This document shows positions 16,456 through 24,624 of a stretch of 38,909 nt of DNA, piece after piece. The notes under the pieces are model-generated. The model was not told the DNA's origin. It searched no databases and worked only from the letters and a program-made list of their open reading frames with translations. How positions within the stretch are numbered: position 1 is the first letter of the stretch; every line of letters begins with the position of its first letter. Source of the DNA: a virus. A program made the translations under genes and the position numbers. The stretch lies in IMG/VR virus record IMGVR_UViG_3300038701_001143, positions 1-38,909 of that record; one strand, written 5' to 3'.

Positions 16456-16884
16456 TTAGTCCTCAATAAGTAAATTAAATGTTATCACTCCATGTCTTGA
16501 AAGCCCGTCGCCCTCAAGAAAAGTATTGTATCCTTCTCGCGTTATTAGTAAATTCGTAGAGCCTTGCGTTAACGTGAGTGGGCTTAGATGAAATTCATCT
16601 GTTAAATGGTTCATCATATCCAAGACGTCTTTGTCTCCAAAATTCTCTGTCCAAAAGTCAAAAGAAAGCGTTCCAGATATAAACTGAGAGTTTGCCGTCT
16701 TGTCTTCCATGTCCTGAGCTTCAGACCATTGCACACGCAAATATGGCGGCGAAGTGTTTTTTGGCACGTTGTTGTAAATCTTAGTACCTACAATAGAGGC
16801 AATATTAGCATCAGCCTTTGCTCTGGTTATTGCTACGCCTAAAATATCATAATGCACGACGAACCCCCGCAGCGATGATTGCAC
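16456..16884 (-). CDS. Tail terminator / tail completion protein (DUF3168-like)
   Basis: ASIVGTKIYNNVPKNTSPPYLRV...SGTLSFDFWTENFGDKDVLDMMNHL. An alternative GTG start at 16857 would shorten the overlap with the upstream gene. Confidence 0.55.
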   Translation of the reverse strand: MQSSLRGFVVHYDILGVAITRAKADANIASIVGTKIYNNVPKNTSPPYLRVQWSEAQDMEDKTANSQFISGTLSFDFWTENFGDKDVLDMMNHLTDEFHLSPLTLTQGSTNLLITREGYNTFLEGDGLSRHGVITFNLLIED

Positions 16885-17290
16885 GTATCTTTTTCCTGTT
16901 TGCTTTTAGTGTTGGTCGCATGTATGGACGAGCGGCCATTTTTGTTGTACCAAATTCAAGATCGAGAGCATAAGGGGCCTTCGATTGGAATTGAAGCTGA
17001 TATTTACCCTTTCCCTTTTTCTTTTTAAATGCTCGAATCCCTCTGATTAATCCCCCAAGGTCATCATTTGGATAGGCTTTAGGGTTAGAAACATTAACCG
17101 ATCTTGTTGGATTGTATCTAGTGGCGGGCCTTCCAGTTTGCTTTTTTATCTGCTTAGTGACATAAGCTTTTAACATCTTGCCGATTTCAGTTAAATCTCT
17201 ACTTGTAGCCTTTCCAATTAAGATGCCGCGATTCAAGTATTTCTTCTTTAGCTCCTCATGGCCTTTGATTTCTAGTTTTATGCTAGCCAT
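16847..17290 (-). CDS. HK97 gp10-family neck/tail component
   Basis: SKAPYALDLEFGTTKMAARPYMRPT motif. I prefer the ATG at 17290 (MASIKLEIKG), 1 nt after the upstream stop. The track start is 17326. Confidence 0.75.
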   Translation of the reverse strand: MASIKLEIKGHEELKKKYLNRGILIGKATSRDLTEIGKMLKAYVTKQIKKQTGRPATRYNPTRSVNVSNPKAYPNDDLGGLIRGIRAFKKKKGKGKYQLQFQSKAPYALDLEFGTTKMAARPYMRPTLKANRKKIRAIIAAGVRRAL

Positions 17291-17291
17291 C

Positions 17292-17645
17292 TTAAATGCC
17301 GAACCAATCCGAGACATCTGTATCAATTCTTAAGAACTTGCCGCGATATTCTGACCGCGCTTTGTCGTTCACTCTTGTGATGGATGTGATGTTGTAGTTC
17401 TTTGAATCAAGAGTGATTCTATCCTTGGTCTGTATATCCGTCCTGTACTGTGTGTATAACACAACGCGCCTTTGTGTCTCAAGGCCGTCTCTATCCAAGT
17501 TTTCAGCTGCGTTTGACTCGGTAACGAGAACGTACATGTTCCCGCGACTGGTCCAAGTTATAGTTTGACCGCCTGCTCCGTCATCGGCTTCAACACGCTC
17601 GAAGACTTCACAATAAGCGTCGAATTGAGAGGAACATATTTTCAT
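17292..17645 (-). CDS. Head-tail adaptor / head closure protein (SPP1 gp16-like, Phage_H_T_join)
   Basis: DDGAGGQTITWTSRGNMYVLVTESNAAE...VVLYTQYRTDIQTKDRITLDSKNYNITSI pattern. ATGA overlap upstream. Confidence 0.6.
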   Translation of the reverse strand: MKICSSQFDAYCEVFERVEADDGAGGQTITWTSRGNMYVLVTESNAAENLDRDGLETQRRVVLYTQYRTDIQTKDRITLDSKNYNITSITRVNDKARSEYRGKFLRIDTDVSDWFGI

Positions 17646-18283
17646 ACTCTCTCTATTTTATAGCTAGTCAGTATTGGGAGCTGTCCTGAACTCATAGCGC
17701 AATCGTCACAGTCGCCACGTTTATTGTATAGCTCTGCGGCCATCATTTTGATAGCGTGCCTAAGCTTCATCGGAACACTTGTTCTGGTTGATCCATAGCC
17801 CGCTACATAAGTAACCTTGATTCCGTTCCTATCTCGGATGTTGGATGGAATAGAGGCGTTATCATTCAAATGAACTCTTGCCGGCATGTCATTGTCGTAG
17901 TTCTCAAGATAATAATTTGTGGAAGCATAAACAGTCTCAGCATTGTCGCGGTCTACTGTGTCAATCTGAGTGATGCTTGATGCCGGTGTTTTATCTAATT
18001 CAATGAATCCTTTTCCGTTCAGGATATGGCTGAAATAAGTGCCCTCTCTTTGACCCGTCCACCAATTACCATGAATTCCACCGCCTCCAAAATCATCGAC
18101 GTATCCAGTCAATGTTTGGGTGATAAACTTGCGGCCTGTAATGTCTTCAGCTAGTTCTCTAGCGGCTTGAATGTAAGTATTTAAAAGCCCGTCTTCATTT
18201 GTTGCAGTTATGCGAAGATGTGCTTTTACTTCCTCAAGCGTTACCGGCTCAATCGATGGGGCTGTCGTTACTTTGCTTTTCAA
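17642..18283 (-). CDS. gp6-like head-tail connector protein
   Basis: VTLEEVKAHLRITATNEDGLLNTYIQAARELAEDITGRKFITQT is the gp6-like signature. The only upstream in-frame start is the TTG at 18283, one codon after an in-frame TAA, giving a 35-nt overlap with the preceding gene. Confidence 0.7.
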   Translation of the reverse strand: MKSKVTTAPSIEPVTLEEVKAHLRITATNEDGLLNTYIQAARELAEDITGRKFITQTLTGYVDDFGGGGIHGNWWTGQREGTYFSHILNGKGFIELDKTPASSITQIDTVDRDNAETVYASTNYYLENYDNDMPARVHLNDNASIPSNIRDRNGIKVTYVAGYGSTRTSVPMKLRHAIKMMAAELYNKRGDCDDCAMSSGQLPILTSYKIERV

Positions 18284-18575
18284 CTGTTACCCTTTTTGAT
18301 GCCGATTTTTTTGCCGATGTTTTAGACTTGGCTTTTGTCTTTACTTTCGCCTTTGGAGTAGGCTTTTTCTCTTTTAACAAAGGGGCGGGCTTTGTTTCGC
18401 GCGTCTCAAAGCTCTTTGGCTTCTCTAGCGGTTCACACCAACCGGCCCCCAGTGCAAGATCGGCGAAACCCTTCTCGAAAGAATAGGTCTCGCCTTTCTT
18501 ATATTCTGACTTAGTAAACCCGTCATGATAATAGACGAGGTCTTGCAACATAACGAATTTACTAATATCACTCAT
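18249..18575 (-). CDS. Hypothetical protein with Lys-rich histone-H1-like C-terminal tail
   Basis: 108 aa. C-terminal half is KEKKPTPKAKVKTKAKSKTSAKKSASKR. Confidence 0.5.
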   Translation of the reverse strand: MSDISKFVMLQDLVYYHDGFTKSEYKKGETYSFEKGFADLALGAGWCEPLEKPKSFETRETKPAPLLKEKKPTPKAKVKTKAKSKTSAKKSASKRVTVEKQSNDSPID

Positions 18576-18959
18576 CTAGCTATTAGCGCCAGTCTCAGCA
18601 ACGTGAGCATGTCCAAGAATAGCGTCGGCAGAGATAACACCGTCAGCACTGTGAGTAAACACAGCTTTGATGAAACCTTTATTTCCGATATATCCAAGTG
18701 AAACAGTGTCGTCCTCAACTACAGCAACGCCTTGAGTTCCAATGATGTCAGCAGCAGCTACATCAGTATAGGCACCGCCAGAAGTATCAGATTCAGTCAA
18801 TTTAAATGTTCCACCTACAGAGGCAGTCGTTGCAGTCAAAGTGACTGTGCAGCTTTCGAAACCGGCCAAAGCAACGGCGGCTCCAGTCTTATCAGCGGTT
18901 ACAGCTTCGGGTAAGATTGAGGGTACAACCTTGATATTGTTTTTTGAGTCTTTAGTCAT
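18576..18959 (-). CDS. Putative head decoration / capsid accessory protein
   Basis: 127-aa beta-rich ORF directly after the major capsid gene. Assignment is by position only. Confidence 0.3.
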   Translation of the reverse strand: MTKDSKNNIKVVPSILPEAVTADKTGAAVALAGFESCTVTLTATTASVGGTFKLTESDTSGGAYTDVAAADIIGTQGVAVVEDDTVSLGYIGNKGFIKAVFTHSADGVISADAILGHAHVAETGANS

Positions 18960-18972
18960 TTTCTTATACCTC

Positions 18973-20214
18973 TTATGATGCAGCTTGTTTTAAGTATTTC
19001 ATTGAATCATAATTAACGATTCCAGCACCAACACGCTTTCTCATGTGAAAGTAAACTTTCCCACTTGAAGCAGCAGTGTAAGGATCTTTAAGAATGCTCA
19101 TTCCAACGCGGTCAACAATCAAGTAAGAGCTTCGCAAGTCACCCAAACCGACAGAGATAGCATTTGCGGCACGATCAGCCATGTCTTCGAAAACAACAGT
19201 TCTTTGACCCAACAATTGATCTGCTTCACCTGCTTGAAAAGAAGGTTGCCAGATGTAGTTACCTTGTCCGTCTGTTAATTTACGAATGTAAGCTTCTGTG
19301 TCTCTGTTGTAGAAAAAGTAAGAGTTTCCTCTGTATCCATGTTTCAACAAAGCACGCAAGTCGACAAGCTCATCAGTAGTGATGGCAGTTGTAGAAGCAG
19401 CCAATTTAGCGCCAATTTGGTCACGAGTATAAACGTCACCGTTTGAAGTTTTAGCTGTGGCAGTTGCAAGACCTTCAGGTTGATTAGGACCAGAACCAGT
19501 TACAAAGCCAGTGGCTTCTAAACGAGCAAACTTATCAGCAACGTGCTCTTGTGCCCATGCTTCAAGGTTCCAATCAGAGTCTTCAAGAAGTCTTTCAGTG
19601 ATAGTAAAACGTGCATACATTTCACGGACTGGGATTCTTTTTTGACCAAGATCGGCTGTTGAAGTATCTGAACGAGTTTCGATTTCACCAATCCAACCTG
19701 CACCAACTTCATTGTCATCTAAAAAACCAACATACTCATCAGTCCCGATTGAAGCAGTACGAGCTAAAGAGCGAACTGGAGAAGTATCAAACAATCTTTT
19801 TTCGATAGCGCCCATGAATGGATTAACAGTGTAACCACCTTGAGGATCGATATTAGATTGAAGGGCTTTAACTTCTTTGTCGTTCAAGTCTAAGCTGCGA
19901 ACATCTTGTGGCATTCCTTTAGAGAGCCATTTTTTGAAAGCAGTGTTGAAAGATTTAGTGTCTTTTTGCTCTTCTTTGGCTTCGTGAGAATTAGCAAGAC
20001 GCGCAACAGCGGCTTGTGTTTCTTCTAAAGACTTTTTGACTTCAAGAGCTTCATTCAAAGCAGAGTCAACTTTGTCTTGTTTTTCTTTCAATTCAGCGAT
20101 TCCGCCTTCTTGTTTTTCTTGTTTTGCAAGAATTTCATCATTGGTTTTTTTAGAAGCTTCCCACGCTTCCCCGATCTTGTCGATCTGGCTTTTGATTTCG
20201 AGTTCTGCACTCAT
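18973..20214 (-). CDS. HK97-family major capsid protein
   Basis: Coiled-coil delta-like N-terminus, then QGGYTVNPF...SPVRSLARTASIGTDEY...RIPVREMYARFTITERLLEDS...ADKFARLEATGFVTGSGPNQPEGL. Confidence 0.9.
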   Translation of the reverse strand: MSAELEIKSQIDKIGEAWEASKKTNDEILAKQEKQEGGIAELKEKQDKVDSALNEALEVKKSLEETQAAVARLANSHEAKEEQKDTKSFNTAFKKWLSKGMPQDVRSLDLNDKEVKALQSNIDPQGGYTVNPFMGAIEKRLFDTSPVRSLARTASIGTDEYVGFLDDNEVGAGWIGEIETRSDTSTADLGQKRIPVREMYARFTITERLLEDSDWNLEAWAQEHVADKFARLEATGFVTGSGPNQPEGLATATAKTSNGDVYTRDQIGAKLAASTTAITTDELVDLRALLKHGYRGNSYFFYNRDTEAYIRKLTDGQGNYIWQPSFQAGEADQLLGQRTVVFEDMADRAANAISVGLGDLRSSYLIVDRVGMSILKDPYTAASSGKVYFHMRKRVGAGIVNYDSMKYLKQAAS

Positions 20215-20218
20215 AATA

Positions 20219-20938
20219 TTAACCTTTAACAGTAGAAAGTAATTTTGAAAGTGATGCCGATACGCCGTTCAAGTCTAAAGAATCATCTCGATCCTTGGCT
20301 TCAAATTGGTTCTTATCATCATCGACAAGTGCCTCATATCCACCGGCTATAAAAGCCTTTGCCTGTCTGCGTGAAAGTTTGGCATCTCGCAAAACCTTCT
20401 CTACGTCTCGTTTTGATAGGATACGCCCATCGTCGTCCGTCATTGATTTAACCCCAGTGACGAAAGCCTGAGTATTCATCGAATAGCCAACTACGCTAAC
20501 TTCAAAGAGTTCGATCTCTTTTAGTTCGCGCACCATGCCGCCGTTAAATTCCAATAAGTCTTGATCCTTTACATAATACCCAATAGACAAACCCTTTGGT
20601 CCTGTCCCTCTTAAAATGTTGTGAGCTTTTACAGCTTCCTCGATTCTTTTATCACCTTTAACCCATAATTGACCTTTGACATATAGGCCCTTTTCATCTT
20701 CTCGCATTTCCAACCAATCGCCGATAACATTGCCGTCTTGATGAAAGCCAAGCATTTGTGGAAGTTGACCTTTAGAAGACCATTCAGTTAAAGTGTTATT
20801 AAACGCGCCACCTTTAACAATGTCGCCGCCTAAGTCAATGTTTCCAAAGATAGAACCATAGCCTTCAAACAAACCCATTTCATTACTAGGGTCCTCATTT
20901 TTGACCTCAAATGGGATTATAGCGCGCTTTATTTCCAT
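20219..20938 (-). CDS. HK97-family prohead protease (S78/U35)
   Basis: FEGYGSIFGNIDLGGDIVKGGAF...QMLGFHQDGNVIG...GLSIGYYV...IELFEVSVVGYSMN. Confidence 0.85.
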   Translation of the reverse strand: MEIKRAIIPFEVKNEDPSNEMGLFEGYGSIFGNIDLGGDIVKGGAFNNTLTEWSSKGQLPQMLGFHQDGNVIGDWLEMREDEKGLYVKGQLWVKGDKRIEEAVKAHNILRGTGPKGLSIGYYVKDQDLLEFNGGMVRELKEIELFEVSVVGYSMNTQAFVTGVKSMTDDDGRILSKRDVEKVLRDAKLSRRQAKAFIAGGYEALVDDDKNQFEAKDRDDSLDLNGVSASLSKLLSTVKG

Positions 20939-20974
20939 GAATGTAATTTTCGAGAGTTTGAATTATTTGTCAAT

Positions 20975-22294
20975 TTATGCGTCAGCGTCACGGATAAGCT
21001 TTCCAGAGAACCTGCCTCGAACGCTAGTATTGTTTGCTGATGTACTAGCCTCAATCCAGAAGATAGACTTTTCACCCACCACAAAAGGTTCAGCAGGATT
21101 CAATTCTATGCGGTCACCATTTGAACCAGATAAATCGATGCTATCTCGATAAACCTCAAACCTAGCACCCACTACATCAGAATAAACCCAAGCTTTAAAA
21201 GTTACTTCTGGGGAGCCACCACCAGAAGACTTGATTACATTAAGCTTTAACCATGTCGCTAAAAACTGGTGATTTTGAGGAATGTAAAAAATACATTGTT
21301 GAGTTGTTCCCTGACCTGCCGGCATCTCTGCCATAGTGTTTCCGCTTGTGGTTGCCGTTACTGTAATCGTTCCAACGTTTGAGTCTGCCGAACCAGATGT
21401 AAAAATGGTCATACGATTAACGCCAATAAAACTATTTGATGTTGTGACTGTAGTAGTTCCATTCATGGCAATCACTTCGGTAACCTCATCCCAATTTGAA
21501 TCGACTCCAAAGATTACAGCTTGCCTTACACCTGTTCCGCTTGAGTTTGTATCGTTTACTGAATCTGAAACAATATCAAGAGTCTCGCCCGCTGCTAACT
21601 GTTGATTGAAAGCTGCACCAAATGACGCGATAACCTCGCTTGATGCTGTATCTATGTCTGAATTATAGCCAAATTTGTTCCAAGTTGTATCTCCCTGCCT
21701 TCTGCCCAATGCTACCTCTGTCGTGTAATCTGTTGGCCTTACACTGATAGCATCAAAGTCTTGGGCTAAAGTTGAATCAGTTGGGGCGTTTAAGTCTGAT
21801 TTATCCCCGACAGTCGTTTGCAATCTTAGGAAGGTCTGATCTGATCCAGAGTTGTTATAAAATATAACCCTAAAGTATTGTCTTGTGATTGTAAACCTGT
21901 GCGGCGCTTCTATTTGGCCCGTTCTATAATATCGAGTAAGTGTGCTATCAACATTTGAGCCATCTGGAGAGAATTGAATCTCAAAATATCCGTTTTGATC
22001 TGTTTTGACTGCAACAACGACAGAATCGTATTTTGTTACGTCTTCCCAAGTCCCTGTAAAATTATTACCATTTGTGATGAGCGTTGTGCTACTGTTGTCT
22101 GTTGAAATGTATGTTTGCGCATCTTTAAGCAAACCAGTATCGACTTTTATTGTGTCCAAGACTGTATCAATCTCGGTCAGTTTTGTTTCTACACCCTCAC
22201 GCCATGCAGGTACATCAAACTGACTGCCATCTGATTTGTGCTCAAGTCCTTCGTCTGGGTGTTGAAAGCCTCGATCTGTTGCCGGTCCACTCAT
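20975..22294 (-). CDS. Unknown 439-aa beta-rich protein inside the head-morphogenesis block
   Basis: Long clean ORF with no motif I recognise. Two jelly-roll-like Ser/Thr/Asn-rich halves, e.g. YFEIQFSPDGSNVDSTLTRYY...YFRVIFYNNSGSDQTFLRLQT. Confidence 0.55.
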   Translation of the reverse strand: MSGPATDRGFQHPDEGLEHKSDGSQFDVPAWREGVETKLTEIDTVLDTIKVDTGLLKDAQTYISTDNSSTTLITNGNNFTGTWEDVTKYDSVVVAVKTDQNGYFEIQFSPDGSNVDSTLTRYYRTGQIEAPHRFTITRQYFRVIFYNNSGSDQTFLRLQTTVGDKSDLNAPTDSTLAQDFDAISVRPTDYTTEVALGRRQGDTTWNKFGYNSDIDTASSEVIASFGAAFNQQLAAGETLDIVSDSVNDTNSSGTGVRQAVIFGVDSNWDEVTEVIAMNGTTTVTTSNSFIGVNRMTIFTSGSADSNVGTITVTATTSGNTMAEMPAGQGTTQQCIFYIPQNHQFLATWLKLNVIKSSGGGSPEVTFKAWVYSDVVGARFEVYRDSIDLSGSNGDRIELNPAEPFVVGEKSIFWIEASTSANNTSVRGRFSGKLIRDADA

Positions 22295-22295
22295 G

Positions 22296-23069
22296 TTAAT
22301 CCTTCAGGTAAATCGCTTTGCATCTACAGTTTACTCGCTGACCTGCACTCAATCCCCTATAGCGTGGATATGGTGCGCGCTCTGTTCTCTTACCTCTCAA
22401 GATAAAATTCTTATTAATGTCAACAGTTTGACCCTCCGCATGTTGGTGAGGATCTCTCACCTTGCTATCTCTAGCAGTCACCCACACTTTGCGCGTTGCT
22501 TTCTCTAAAGTCTTTCTGGATAGCTTGTCTCGACCCTCTGCCGTGACGCTGCCGATCTCCACTTCACTAATGACTTGAGCGCGACGGCTATTTGTGCCGA
22601 TCTTCTTTTTCAGTTTCTTTTCGATTTCTGCGTCGGTCAATTCATTCTTTCGCCCGCTTTCAATCACTCGGCTCATTTGTCTTTTAGTGCTGTCGCTGAT
22701 TTGTTTAGCTGCCCTCTCTGCTTGCTTTTTAAAGTTGCGTTCAAGTTCGCGCCTGACCTGTGCCACCTTCTTTTTGTCATCGGGGTAAAGGTCTTTTAAA
22801 AGCTTCTCACTCTTTTTGATGGTGTTGCTGTAAACCTTTTCAATGGTTTCTTGCAGTTTGAATTGACCGCCATCGATAACCATGTCAGCGTTTGGCTGTC
22901 CACCAATGCGAAGAGCTTGGATTGCATCTTTTCCGATAATGTTTAGTTCTCGTCTTATCTTCGGCATGGCTGAACGTTCAAGTCGTTTCTCAAGGGCATC
23001 GATTTGACTTATTTCCCTGAGTTGTCGCCTTCTACTCCTCGCCTGTTGTCTCTTCGCCATCGTCGTCAT
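22296..23069 (-). CDS. Minor head protein, SPP1 gp7 / Mu F-like
   Basis: C-terminal VWVTARDSKVRDPHQHAEGQTVDINKNF...PRYRGLSAGQRVNCRCKAIY matches the gp7/MuF signature. Follows the portal gene. Confidence 0.65.
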   Translation of the reverse strand: MTTMAKRQQARSRRRQLREISQIDALEKRLERSAMPKIRRELNIIGKDAIQALRIGGQPNADMVIDGGQFKLQETIEKVYSNTIKKSEKLLKDLYPDDKKKVAQVRRELERNFKKQAERAAKQISDSTKRQMSRVIESGRKNELTDAEIEKKLKKKIGTNSRRAQVISEVEIGSVTAEGRDKLSRKTLEKATRKVWVTARDSKVRDPHQHAEGQTVDINKNFILRGKRTERAPYPRYRGLSAGQRVNCRCKAIYLKD

Positions 23070-24309
23070 CCTCGTCTATCTCTTCCTCATCCATATCGCT
23101 GAATGTTTCATCCAGTGGTATGTCATTCGGCTGAACAAATACTTGATCGGCCTCTTCACTATCGATTGGCTCAAATCCAAGTATCGCGCGCTTTTCATTA
23201 ATCGTTAAAACATCAGAGCTAACTAATTCTGCTCTCTTCTCGCGCCTCAATGGCTCAAGTGCGGGTATGTCGTCTTCACAATAAACAATCTCTACATTTT
23301 CCCCAAAATCAGGAGTAAGCCATCTATTCAGCTCGGAAACGTAAAGGTCTAAAAGAGGCATGATGGTCTGAACAAAGAAAGCAACCTTAGCCTCTTCATA
23401 ATTCGCGTAAGTTTGTGACCCTTCAATACTGATTAACTGAGTAGGAACACCAAAGGCAGAGCATATCTCTTGGGCGTTTAACTTCAGCCCCTCTAACCAA
23501 TCCATGTCTTGAGGCGTCATTGAGATGGTGTCGATCTTTGACGCTGACCCCATGTATTTCACCTTTCTCGCATTTTCTGGACCTTCCCATTTTTCCTTAA
23601 TGTCCTGCAGGATAGTTTTTTCTTGGTCTCCTGTTGGTGGCGTGTCTGAAGTCACCACCAAAGAATAAGACCCAGAGTTTTGTAATGCGCTATAATTCCA
23701 CAATCTAGCAGCGTTCGAACTATCAACACAAGAGGCCGCCGCTTTCAATGGAGCTTGGCCAAATTCAGCACCAGTCGCAGAAGGGTTAAATGTTCGCCAT
23801 TGCATCAAATCGCTTTTGCCTGTGAACTGGTCTACTTCAAAAATGCGCTCGTATCTTTGGTTTTTTCCATAGATGTATCTCAATGGCACCATGTTGCCGA
23901 CAAGCCTATCAATCGAAAACTCGTATGGTTGCCAGTGAATCAACTCGCTAGGTAATCCTGAAGCTTTTAATTTCTGCTGAAAGTTGTTACCAGTTATCAT
24001 AAGCCAACTGCACGCAGCCTGTCTGTATTCAACTCCGCCCTCATCTGGGTTTGGTTGATCGATAAGCTTTTGCAATGGGTGTTCTGTTAAATGCTCCGGC
24101 TTGTCTCCCTTCGTCATAACCTTCAAAGGAACACGAGCAAAACTCTTTGAGATCAGGTCGATACATGCAAATACTGTTGGGTTTAGGCCATACCCTTCAT
24201 CTGCATACGCCTTTAAATTATCAGTTGGAAAAGCGTGTTTCTGTGTCAGAATTTGCGTACTTACCGAGGTCTTGACGCTTTTCGGGCGATTAAATGGCCA
24301 AATATTCAT
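23032..24309 (-). CDS. Portal protein (HK97-type, Phage_portal)
   Basis: LNPTVFACIDLISKSFARVPLKV...LIDQPNP...MITGNNF...RLWNYSALQNSG...DMDWLEGLKLNAQEICSAFGVPTQLI. Acidic C-terminus. Confidence 0.85.
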   Translation of the reverse strand: MNIWPFNRPKSVKTSVSTQILTQKHAFPTDNLKAYADEGYGLNPTVFACIDLISKSFARVPLKVMTKGDKPEHLTEHPLQKLIDQPNPDEGGVEYRQAACSWLMITGNNFQQKLKASGLPSELIHWQPYEFSIDRLVGNMVPLRYIYGKNQRYERIFEVDQFTGKSDLMQWRTFNPSATGAEFGQAPLKAAASCVDSSNAARLWNYSALQNSGSYSLVVTSDTPPTGDQEKTILQDIKEKWEGPENARKVKYMGSASKIDTISMTPQDMDWLEGLKLNAQEICSAFGVPTQLISIEGSQTYANYEEAKVAFFVQTIMPLLDLYVSELNRWLTPDFGENVEIVYCEDDIPALEPLRREKRAELVSSDVLTINEKRAILGFEPIDSEEADQVFVQPNDIPLDETFSDMDEEEIDEDDDDGEETTGEE

Positions 24310-24338
24310 TCATTTTTTTCTTGTGAACGTTCTATCTA

Positions 24339-24366
24339 ATTTTATGAACGTGCGATTATTTGGGAA
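24339..24366 (-). promoter_or_regulatory. Possible late promoter upstream of portal (-35 TTCCCA, 16 nt, -10 TAAAAT) flanked by ACGTTCA direct repeats
   Basis: Minus strand reads TTCCCAaataatcgcACGTTCATAAAATtagatagaACGTTCA. The repeats lie at 24324-24330 and 24345-24351, 21 bp apart. Confidence 0.3.
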
Positions 24367-24432
24367 GCTTGATACAAATTAGGACAACTTGTTCATAAGT
24401 TGAGTAAAAACGTATCACGCGAAAAATGGCCT

Positions 24433-24469
24433 ATAAAAAAAGATCCAATCACTAGCAGCAATTAGATCT
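24433..24469 (-). terminator. Intrinsic terminator (9-bp stem, 11-nt loop, T7 tract)
   Basis: Minus strand reads AGATCTAAT-tgctgctagtg-ATTGGATCT followed by TTTTTTTA. Confidence 0.55.
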
Positions 24470-24542
24470 CTTATTCTCAGTTTTGGTCGGCCGAGAATAA
24501 GATTTTAAGTTGAGTCTGGTTTTATCAAGTTATTTTAGCGCA

Positions 24543-24570
24543 TAAAAAAAAGGCCGGTTTTGCCCGACCT
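24543..24570 (-). terminator. Intrinsic terminator (7-bp GC-rich stem, T8 tract)
   Basis: Minus strand reads AGGTCGG-gcaaaa-CCGGCCT followed by TTTTTTTT, about 55 nt after the stop of the repeat-protein gene. Confidence 0.7.
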
Positions 24571-24624
24571 TAAACGCGCTGTTAGTATTTAGAGCCCCCA
24601 CGCGCAGGGCTTAACTATAAAATA

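Noticed and set aside
18306-18312. A7 run (GCA-AAA-AAA) as a second frameshift site joining the Lys-rich protein to the connector
   Set aside because: The -1 frame stops after 8 codons. The connector frame is blocked by a TAA just upstream of its TTG start.
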